Source: Deltaproteobacteria bacterium (GTDB lineage Bacteria > Desulfobacterota > WTBG01 > CAIYCZ01 > CAIRTM01). From it: a DNA stretch of 45,951 bases. This document shows positions 1 through 6,967 of the stretch, piece by piece. The stretch is from contig JAFGCP010000305.1 in NCBI GenBank assembly GCA_016932595.1, forward strand, positions 1 through 45,951, given 5' to 3'. The notes beneath the pieces were generated by a model that saw only the letters and a program-made list of their open reading frames with translations, was not told the DNA's origin and made no database searches. The number at the start of each line of letters is the position of its first letter. Position 1 is the stretch's first letter. The translations under genes and the position numbers were made by a program.

Positions 1-111
1 CGGCACCATAAGCGCCCTGACCCTGTAGCCACGTTTCAAAAGCTCCTGCACCACCAGCCTGCCCGCCCTGCCCGTAGCGCCTGCAACCACTACTGTTTTT
101 TCTTCTGCCAT
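1..111 (-). CDS. NAD(P)-binding Rossmann protein (NmrA/atypical-SDR-like); only the N-terminal 37 codons, gene runs off the left edge
   Basis: Minus-strand ATG at 111..109, with GGGAG 5 nt upstream. Translation is MAEEKTVVVAGATGRAGRLVVQELLKRGYRVRALMVP, which contains a GxxGxxG dinucleotide-binding loop. Confidence 0.6.
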   Translation of the reverse strand, partial: MAEEKTVVVAGATGRAGRLVVQELLKRGYRVRALMVP

Positions 112-250
112 ACGTGTCTCCCTGAGGATTGTTTTTACGTATTCTTCGTAATCCCATAAAGATTTTTTTTCTATTTAAACTCAGCAGGGCTGGCTGTGCC
201 AACCATTGTATACAGCGGGAGTAGCACCTCACATTTTAAAGGCAAAATTA

Positions 251-1978
251 CTACATTCCCAATTCTTTCCTGAACTCCTCAACTGTCGCTCCGATTACGG
301 TATCACGCGATTTGCCCCGGGCATAATCCTCAGTGCCCGATACGGCGGCCTGACGAAAGGGTGAGGGCACCAGCTCAAGCATGCCTTTTGCCTCGTTATC
401 CCACGCCATGGTGAAGGTAAGGCTTGAAATCGGCACTTCTTCATCATCCTCTGCTGCCGGGGCCGATGCTGAGTCGTCGCCAAACACAGCGGCAAATTTT
501 GCCTTGAACTTGGTGGGCGTAAACTTGTCGGACACTTCCCTGAAAATAGAAAGCGTCACGTTCGTGCCGCGCTCTTTCGCTATCTGCTCGGCCACGGAAT
601 GCAGCTTTTTAAGCGCTGTGGCGCGCACGAAATGCGGTATCATCTCGCCCACCTTTATCATGGCCTGTTCTGCCGCGATATCCCAGGGCACCGAGCCCGT
701 GGAGATGGAGCCCATCATATCACCCTTGGTCTCAAGGAATATGCCCATGTAGACTTCGTTCACCAAGCCCTCGACAAGGTACTTGGCGCCCATAAACCCC
801 ATGAACGGGCAGTTCTCCGAGCTCAAATACCCGATAGTGGGAATATCCGAAAAAATAAAATTTTTGAATCCCTCATCCATGCTCACTTTCTTATCATAGA
901 AGTTGCCATAGATGACCATGGGGCCTTTTTCAACGAACTTGTCGCGCTTCTGCTCAATGGTGGGGCATATGAGAACATCATCGCACAAGGCCTCGATGCG
1001 CTTTGCTGCATCGTGGTTGCTCACCGCCGTCATGACAATGCCAACGCCCACCTCTTTATTCAAAAACTCGCTGATGCCCACGGCATAGGTGTTGGCATTT
1101 TCAAGCGACAAAGCCGCCGTCATCTCGAAGGTTACGGTAAAGACCATATTTGATGAAATGAACTCAAAAGCATTGGCCATGGTCTCTTTAAGATACGGGC
1201 CGGCATCAACCTTGAAAAAGTCTGCAATCTGCTCCACCCATGCCGCAGAATTCCCGAACCCGATGGGGATAATATCCGCCATATACGGAATGCCGAAGCG
1301 CTTCTCCATTTCCTGCGCAACCCGCACGCCGCTGTCATAGGGATAGATACAAAGATTGAGCTCTGCCTGAGCAGCATTTTTTATCTGGCCAATGGTTGCA
1401 CCTGCCGTGTAGACGCAGTTGACCGTAACGCCAATACCTGCGAGCATGCGCGTCAGCTCATACACATCGGCGCGCCAGTTAAAGGTTGAAAATGTCGGGC
1501 CGATGATATTGACCGACCTCGAAACTTTTTTGGCTGTCGGGTCGACAAGATCGAGAATGCGGATAAAAGCTGTCTCCTTGCCCTCCACCAGAGAGCCTCC
1601 GATGGGCGGGTGAATAATAACCGTATCTTTAAAACCAGCCTTCTTGACCACGCCTTCCACATCGTCGCGCGTCACCTCCACCGTGGGAGCGGTGACAATG
1701 AGGATCGCGCCGGGCTTTTTTGCCGCGATCTTCTGAAGTGTCGTCTCCATGCGGTCTTCTGCGCCCTGCATGATATTGGCGTACGAGAGGTTGGTCGAAT
1801 ACAGCTCGCAGGTCCAGTCATTGACCAGGGCATTCACGTGCTGGTTTATGTAACAGCCAGGAGGAGAATGAAAGATGGTGTCAGCGCCCTTGATGCCCAG
1901 GCATGCCCAAAGCGCACCCTCAAAAGCCGAGGGCGTGTGAAGCTCCTGCATCTTAAAATCTTTTTGTGTCTCATTCAT
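251..1978 (-). CDS. Nitrogenase component-1-type oxidoreductase, NifN/NifK/BchB-like subunit, with two C-terminal BchB-type (PCP_red-like) domains
   Basis: ORF 251..1990. The likely start is Met5 at 1978, with GGAGG 5 nt upstream and 1 nt after the upstream gene's TGA. The HSPPGCY motif resembles NifK HGSQGC. The tail carries two copies of the W..eA...L...P.F(V)R...E..A pattern seen at the BchB/ChlB C-terminus (aa ~434-490 and ~526-579), separated by an acidic linker. Confidence 0.85.
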   Translation of the reverse strand: MNETQKDFKMQELHTPSAFEGALWACLGIKGADTIFHSPPGCYINQHVNALVNDWTCELYSTNLSYANIMQGAEDRMETTLQKIAAKKPGAILIVTAPTVEVTRDDVEGVVKKAGFKDTVIIHPPIGGSLVEGKETAFIRILDLVDPTAKKVSRSVNIIGPTFSTFNWRADVYELTRMLAGIGVTVNCVYTAGATIGQIKNAAQAELNLCIYPYDSGVRVAQEMEKRFGIPYMADIIPIGFGNSAAWVEQIADFFKVDAGPYLKETMANAFEFISSNMVFTVTFEMTAALSLENANTYAVGISEFLNKEVGVGIVMTAVSNHDAAKRIEALCDDVLICPTIEQKRDKFVEKGPMVIYGNFYDKKVSMDEGFKNFIFSDIPTIGYLSSENCPFMGFMGAKYLVEGLVNEVYMGIFLETKGDMMGSISTGSVPWDIAAEQAMIKVGEMIPHFVRATALKKLHSVAEQIAKERGTNVTLSIFREVSDKFTPTKFKAKFAAVFGDDSASAPAAEDDEEVPISSLTFTMAWDNEAKGMLELVPSPFRQAAVSGTEDYARGKSRDTVIGATVEEFRKELGM

Positions 1979-1979
1979 G

Positions 1980-3215
1980 TCAGCCTCCATATTTCCGCAT
2001 CAGCCCCTGCCAGGTTTCATAGACGGGCTTGTGCATGTTTTTAAAAAAATGAGCGCCAAGATCAATTGCATAATCGTAGCCGTACTCACAGAGGTACAGC
2101 ATGTTGATGAAGGTGGGAACGAGGCGTGCTACACACTCGGGCTGCGCCTGAAACTCGACCGACACTGCCGTTGGCTTAATCCGGTCGACCACCTCGCCGA
2201 TCATGTCGAAATCCTCTTCTATAAAGGTAACGCCATAGCGCTCCTGCATAAGTTTTTTCTCCTGCTGGTAGAATTTATTCTTCATGGAAGGAACCACAAA
2301 AACCTCAGCCCCGAACTCGGCAAAAATCTTGCCGACAGACACTTCGTTTGCCGGACCCGACACCATAAGCATGCGCACTTTCTCTTTAGCAAACCGTTCA
2401 CGAATCTTTTCAAGCTCCGGCTTCACGCGCTTTTCCTCTTCATTAACCAGATCATGGAGCTTCTGATTCTTCAGCCGGTCAGCAACAGCGCGCAGAAAAT
2501 TTGAGGTGCCCTGAATGCCTGCAGGAATCTCGATAAACTCAACGTCGCCGCCGAAGTTTTCGCTGAGGTGCTTGCAGGTAAGCCAGGGGGTTATGTGAAT
2601 CGGGTAATACTTCTCAGCGCAAACGATTTTACTCATGCTGTCAATATGGGGCGTAGGAAAAACAAAGTACGGAATTTCGGCCTTCTTGAAATACATCTCA
2701 AGTGACGCAAGGTTGCCGGCGTCCTGGCCGGTGCGACCTACGATGCCGATGGAGCCGGGCGCCTTCTCCTGCTTTTCGAAGGTGTCAATGACGGCTACCC
2801 ATGCGGCATCAGAGCCAAGGGGCATGGAGCGCGGATAGTTGAAGCCCGTGAGGCAGGTGCTCACCTTCAGGTCCGGTATTTCCTGCTTGAGCTCGATGAT
2901 CACCCCTTCGATATCCTCACCGATGAGCTGGGGAATGCAGGTATTGATGATGACGATGACTTTAGGGTGATATTTCTCATAGAGGTTCTTGACCTGCAGC
3001 TTCAGTCCAGCCTCGCCGCCGAAAATAACGTCGCTTTTGTTGACAAGGGTACCGGCGGTTACAAGCTGCGCCGGGCGGCATGACATGGAGCCAACCTGGT
3101 TCTGATACGAGCATGGTTGCGGCCCGTGCAGAAGCGGTATGACGCCTTCAATTTTGCCAAGGCTTGCCAGAGCCTGAATCGTGGAGCAGCAGTGCTCATA
3201 ATGTTTGAGGGGCAT
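1980..3215 (-). CDS. Nitrogenase component-1-type oxidoreductase, NifE/NifD/BchN-like subunit
   Basis: ORF 1980..3245. The likely start is Met11 at 3215, with AAGGAGG 8 nt upstream. Three Cys motifs (HCCST, HGPQPC, NTCIPQLIGEDIEG) are spaced about 26 and 58 residues apart, like NifD C62/C88/C154, NifE C37/C62/C124 and the BchN triad. Confidence 0.85.
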   Translation of the reverse strand: MPLKHYEHCCSTIQALASLGKIEGVIPLLHGPQPCSYQNQVGSMSCRPAQLVTAGTLVNKSDVIFGGEAGLKLQVKNLYEKYHPKVIVIINTCIPQLIGEDIEGVIIELKQEIPDLKVSTCLTGFNYPRSMPLGSDAAWVAVIDTFEKQEKAPGSIGIVGRTGQDAGNLASLEMYFKKAEIPYFVFPTPHIDSMSKIVCAEKYYPIHITPWLTCKHLSENFGGDVEFIEIPAGIQGTSNFLRAVADRLKNQKLHDLVNEEEKRVKPELEKIRERFAKEKVRMLMVSGPANEVSVGKIFAEFGAEVFVVPSMKNKFYQQEKKLMQERYGVTFIEEDFDMIGEVVDRIKPTAVSVEFQAQPECVARLVPTFINMLYLCEYGYDYAIDLGAHFFKNMHKPVYETWQGLMRKYGG

Positions 3216-3317
3216 GGGAAAAACCTCCTTTTGAATGACCTGCATCTGTGGGGTTCGCTGTGCGCACCGTTGTATCCTGCGACTGCAGCCAATCCTGAAA
3301 ATTGCAATTTGAAATCT

Positions 3318-4169
3318 TTAATGTTTTCTCCCTGCTGCCTGGGCCCACCAGGCATGGAGCTCTTCAAAGGTGAACGACGCGGGCACGGAAAGCTCCTTGT
3401 TATTCAAAATCGATTCGGCAAGACGGCGGAAGGCCTCGCACTCTGCCGTATCAGGCGCATGCTGGAAAAGAGTGAGTCCCTTGCCCGAGCACTCTTTTAT
3501 TTTTTCGCTGTAGGGGATAAACCCGACAAGATGGCTCCCGAGTTTGCGGGAAAATTCATCCAGGATGGTCTGCTCGTCCTTCAGCTCCCGGCCATTGCCG
3601 ATGATGCCGCCGAGCCTGACGCCCGAACGGGAATTGAAGCGCGACACGGCCTTGCAGATATTGGAGGCGGCAAACAACACCTCGAGCTCGCCGCTGCTCA
3701 CGATATAGACCTCGTCGGCATGGCCTTCGCGGATGGGCATGGAGAAACCGCCGCACACCACGTCGCCCAGCACGTCGTAGAGAACCACATCGAGTTTCAG
3801 AACCTCCATCACGTTGAGATGCTTGAGCGCCTCTATGGCCTCCACCACCCCCTTGCCCCCGCAGCCAAGCCCGGGGTCAGGCCCGCCGCTTTCCGCGCAG
3901 AAAATCTTTCCGGAGCAGGTATCGTTAAGCGGGCTTTCAAACACCACCTCGTCCATGGCAAGTGATTTCACCTCAAAGTTCTTCTTCCGCAAAATCCCCA
4001 GCACTGTCTGGGGCATTTTGCCTTTCAGCAGCAGACGCGTGCTGTCATGCTTGGGATCGCAACCCACATGCAGCACCCGCAGACCTTTGGCCGCAAGGGC
4101 AAATGTTATATGGGATGACACCATGGACTTTCCGATACCGCCCTTACCGTAAATAGCTATCTGGCGCAT
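3318..4169 (-). CDS. NifH/BchL-family Fe-protein-like ATPase, paralog 1
   Basis: Walker A is YGKGGIGKS and switch I is GCDPKHDST. The 4Fe-4S Cys motifs are GLGCGGKG and DVLGDVVCGGFSMPIREG. AGAGG lies 6 nt upstream of the ATG. Confidence 0.95.
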   Translation of the reverse strand: MRQIAIYGKGGIGKSMVSSHITFALAAKGLRVLHVGCDPKHDSTRLLLKGKMPQTVLGILRKKNFEVKSLAMDEVVFESPLNDTCSGKIFCAESGGPDPGLGCGGKGVVEAIEALKHLNVMEVLKLDVVLYDVLGDVVCGGFSMPIREGHADEVYIVSSGELEVLFAASNICKAVSRFNSRSGVRLGGIIGNGRELKDEQTILDEFSRKLGSHLVGFIPYSEKIKECSGKGLTLFQHAPDTAECEAFRRLAESILNNKELSVPASFTFEELHAWWAQAAGRKH

Positions 4170-4341
4170 GAGAGACCTCTTTTATTTATTGTGACGAATT
4201 CCTTACGTACCCTTGAGTTATGTTGGGTTAAGCCCGACAGAAACCGTTGGGTTTCGTACCTCAACCAAACCATCAAATTATTTATATAAGGGGCATGTTT
4301 CAAACCTGCCCCTGCAATCACAAGGGCGAACCCAACAAAGC

Positions 4342-5181
4342 TTAGTTTATATACGGCAGCCACCAGTCATAGAGCTCTTCAAACTCAAGAGTATTCGGGA
4401 TAACAAGATTTTTATTGTGAAACACCTTCTGCCCGATCTCGCGGTAGAGATTCGCCTCCGGCGAATTCGGCGCGCATTGAAACACGGTCTCGCCGTCACC
4501 GCCGCACTGCTTAACGGTCTGACTGTAGGGAATGACGCCCACGATCCGGGTGCCGATCTTTGCGGCAAAGTCCGTCACCATCTGCAGCTCATTTTTCACG
4601 CGCCGCAAATTAACGATGAGCCCGCCGAGCTTTGAGCCGGCGCGAGTTTCAAAGCGCTTGATGGCCTTTGACACATTGCTCACCTGATAGAGCGCCTCGA
4701 ACTCGCCGCTGGTCACCACATAGGTTTCCTGCGCAAAGCCCTGACGTATGGGCAGGGAAAAACCGCCGCAGACGACATCGCCCAGGATGTCGTATATAAC
4801 GATATCGATATCAAGTGCCTTGAATATACTGAGTTTTTTTATCGTGTCGATGGCTTCAACTACGCCCTTGCCGCCGCATCCCACGCCGGGCTCAGGGCCG
4901 CCGCTCTCGGCGCAGTAGATTTTGCCGCCATTTTCAAACTGCAGGGGCGATGTGGCAATAATATCTTCAGGGGAAAGGTCGTCGTACATGAAATCATTTT
5001 TACGCAGCACGTCAAGAATCGTCGGCGGGAAGTCAGGTAGCAGAAGATAGGTGCTGTCGTTTTTCGGGCTGCACCCCATCTGCAGCACTTTCATGCCCTT
5101 CTCTGCAAAGGAGTAGGAAAGATGTGATGCTACCGTAGATTTACCAATACCTCCTTTGCCATAAAGTGCAATCTGCCGCAT
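4342..5181 (-). CDS. NifH/BchL-family Fe-protein-like ATPase, paralog 2 (switch I Asp replaced by Ser)
   Basis: Walker A is YGKGGIGKS. The Cys motifs are GVGCGGKG and DILGDVVCGGFSLPIRQG. Switch I reads GCSPKNDST, with the Ser codon at 5068..5070. The AAGGAGG Shine-Dalgarno site overlaps the marR stop codon. Confidence 0.95.
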   Translation of the reverse strand: MRQIALYGKGGIGKSTVASHLSYSFAEKGMKVLQMGCSPKNDSTYLLLPDFPPTILDVLRKNDFMYDDLSPEDIIATSPLQFENGGKIYCAESGGPEPGVGCGGKGVVEAIDTIKKLSIFKALDIDIVIYDILGDVVCGGFSLPIRQGFAQETYVVTSGEFEALYQVSNVSKAIKRFETRAGSKLGGLIVNLRRVKNELQMVTDFAAKIGTRIVGVIPYSQTVKQCGGDGETVFQCAPNSPEANLYREIGQKVFHNKNLVIPNTLEFEELYDWWLPYIN

Positions 5182-5192
5182 AGGTTTCCTCC

Positions 5193-5672
5193 TTACTCCT
5201 TGTTATGGACGGCGACATTTTTCATAATTGCATTGACGACACGCAGCGACTTCAACAGCCGCACACGTTGCTTTTCATCAAGGCATCCAAAAATATTCAT
5301 CAGCTCCTGCTCGCGTGTATTTAAAATACCGCCGTGTGCCTTTTTCCCGCTATCTGTCAGCCGTACTTTAACGACCCGGCGGTCTGCAGTATCGCGAACG
5401 CGCTCCACAAAGCCTTCCTCAACAAGTTTGTCGACGACCTCGGTCATGCTGGGCATTTTCACATTGGCGATTTTGCACAGCTCTCCCATGCTGTAGTGCC
5501 GGTCTTCGTGAAACGCCGTCATAGCCTTAAGCTGAGAGTTGTTGACCGGAAAACCCATCAGCCCTTTGCTGCTCATCACCATATGCTGAAAAAGGTCCGA
5601 AAAAAGATTTCTGACCTCGATTAAATGCATTTCTATTTCGGTAAGTTCACTGAGCTGCTTGCTGTGTTTCAT
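5193..5672 (-). CDS. MarR-family transcriptional regulator, first gene of the nitrogenase-like operon
   Basis: Winged-helix MarR signature: YSMGELCKIANVKMPSMTEVVDKLVEEGFVERVRDTADRRVVKVRLTDSGKK. It lies 11 nt upstream of the next gene. Confidence 0.9.
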   Translation of the reverse strand: MKHSKQLSELTEIEMHLIEVRNLFSDLFQHMVMSSKGLMGFPVNNSQLKAMTAFHEDRHYSMGELCKIANVKMPSMTEVVDKLVEEGFVERVRDTADRRVVKVRLTDSGKKAHGGILNTREQELMNIFGCLDEKQRVRLLKSLRVVNAIMKNVAVHNKE

Positions 5673-5755
5673 GGCACATATCCTTTTGCAATGATGATCC
5701 GGCTGCCAACTACGATGCTATAAATTTCAGCAAAAAATATTTCAGATAAAAAAAA

Positions 5756-5797
5756 TTCACTAGTGAAGTATATAGACTCTGAATTTCTCTTTGTCAA
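5756..5797 (-). promoter_or_regulatory. Sigma70-type promoter plus palindromic candidate operator for the marR/nitrogenase-like operon
   Basis: On the minus strand, TTGACA (5797..5792) is followed by a 17-nt spacer and TATATA (5774..5769). The perfect 12-bp palindrome TTCACTAGTGAA (5756..5767) abuts the -10 box. Confidence 0.5.
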
Positions 5798-5884
5798 GTC
5801 AGGAATTTTTGTATTTTTAAACTTTAAAAGCTGCAGGATGATCCAAATGACGTAACGTGCTGATTAAACATGCTGCATCCGGAA

Positions 5885-5932
5885 ATAAAAAAACAGGCTT
5901 TACCCGCAACACTGTTGCGGTCTGGCCTGTTG
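5885..5932 (-). terminator. Rho-independent terminator downstream of the second marR
   Basis: The minus-strand RNA reads AACAGGC-CAGA-CCGCAAC-AGU-GUUGCGG-GUAAA-GCCUGUU followed by U7. This is a nested GC-rich hairpin with a U tract. Confidence 0.7.
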
Positions 5933-6031
5933 TGTCTGTGCGCGGAAACGGTGTGCGTAACAATCGTGTATTCGACGCGAAACGGCTAGCAGGGGGGGGG
6001 CAAGAAGCATGCAGCTTCCCATATATGCCGG

Positions 6032-6502
6032 CTAAGGCTGTGTTGTCTTCTTTAAAATACCTGAAACCTTTCGCAAAGCCGTGAGCAGTTCATCCTGATC
6101 CTTCTGTGAAAGTTTGCCAAAGAGATTACCCATCTCCTCGCGGCGACGGCCTATGAATTTATCGTGAATCTTTTTGCCTGCATCAGTCAGCGCCACTTTG
6201 ACCACGCGGCGATCCTTTGTGTCGCGCACCCGTTTGAGCAAGCCCTCGGACTCGAGCCGATCGACCATCTCTGTCATGCTTGGCATCTTCACCAGGGCGT
6301 TCCTGCTTAACTCCGTCATACTGTACTCGCGGTCTTCGTGAAACGCGGTTAGCGCCTTCATCTGCGACAGAGTCACGGACATATCGCTGATACGGCGGCT
6401 GCCCTTGACCATTTTGTTGAAAATCTGCACGAAAAGGTTGCGCACCTCTATCATATGTTCTTCAATCTCAGTGACTTTTTCCATAAAAACCTTACTATCC
6501 AT
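6032..6502 (-). CDS. MarR-family transcriptional regulator, paralog of 5193..5672
   Basis: ORF 6032..6514. The likely start is Met5 at 6502, preceded by GAGG, and this gives the same N-terminal length as the paralog. The signature is YSMTELSRNALVKMPSMTEMVDRLESEGLLKRVRDTKDRRVVKVALTDAGKK. Confidence 0.9.
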   Translation of the reverse strand: MDSKVFMEKVTEIEEHMIEVRNLFVQIFNKMVKGSRRISDMSVTLSQMKALTAFHEDREYSMTELSRNALVKMPSMTEMVDRLESEGLLKRVRDTKDRRVVKVALTDAGKKIHDKFIGRRREEMGNLFGKLSQKDQDELLTALRKVSGILKKTTQP

Positions 6503-6516
6503 GCAGCACCTCATTT

Positions 6517-6570
6517 TAGGATTTTTAATATTTAATATCCTAATATATTAATTACATATCTTTATGTCAA
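6517..6570 (-). promoter_or_regulatory. Sigma70-type promoter plus inverted-repeat candidate operator for the second marR
   Basis: On the minus strand, TTGACA (6570..6565) is followed by a 17-nt spacer and TATATT (6547..6542). The inverted repeat TAGGAT-N14-ATCCTA (6517..6542) starts at the -10 box. Confidence 0.5.
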
Positions 6571-6967
6571 GTTTTATTTTATATTTTCAATCAATTTTCA
6601 ATAAATATTTTTGAAACCATTTTGAACATACGCTATATAGCTAAACGAACGGTGCTAGAACCTGTGTAATAGCAGAACCTGCCGAGTTTTTTTAGTTTTA
6701 ATAACATGGCTGGCGGAAGATGACATTTGTTTTTGATAGTGTTCTCTTGCAGGAGAGGCTTCAGCCACGAAACAATCGCACCTGAAGCTGCTGCTGCAAT
6801 GAAAACAATGCCCTCCAATTTAAAATGTCATGGCCCCGGGACCATTCATTGCTGCGATTCTTGTGCAATCGGCTCGTCCTGCGATTCTGGAAATACTAAA
6901 GTTTATTTGAAATTTTATTAAGCAAGGGGTTCCCGGGATACAGAGTGATTGGCGGCAGCTATTATTT

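Noticed and set aside
190-215. TGGCAC-containing sequence (minus strand) upstream of the left-edge gene as a sigma54 promoter
   Set aside because: The -12 GC element is not at the required spacing from the GG, so it does not fit TGGCAC-N5-TTGC.
3117-3965. Long antisense ORFs opposite well-supported genes: 3117..3965, 599..1153, 10667..11329, 12755..13327, 19245..19883, 32391..32909, 35112..35711 and 43927..44448
   Set aside because: Each lies entirely inside a gene with clear family motifs on the other strand. The products are low-complexity and rich in Arg, Ala and Pro, with no recognisable domain and no Shine-Dalgarno site. These are typical shadow ORFs of moderately GC-rich coding DNA.
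4157-4363. 68-aa ORF spanning the spacer between the two nifH-like genes
   Set aside because: It overlaps the ends of both flanking genes, has no Shine-Dalgarno site and has no recognisable family. The spacer is better explained as structured RNA.
1-5181. A genuine N2-fixing nitrogenase (nifHDK) cluster
   Set aside because: The K/N-like subunit keeps only one of the three P-cluster Cys positions by eye. I could not place FeMo-co ligand motifs. No nifB/E/N/V/X genes are present. The B-like subunit also carries BchB-type tail modules. The cluster is better described as a nitrogenase-like reductase of unknown substrate.
5993-6000. G8 homopolymer as a phase-variation switch
   Set aside because: It lies in the 3' untranslated region between the marR2 stop codon and its terminator, so length changes would not shift a reading frame or alter promoter spacing.
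6727-6921. Cys-rich small ORF (…KCHGPGTIHCCDSCAIGSSCDSG…) between marR2 and the fusion gene, as a possible peptide gene
   Set aside because: No Shine-Dalgarno site precedes either Met. Equally long ORFs overlap it on the opposite strand, and it lies in a divergent promoter region. There is not enough evidence to call it.
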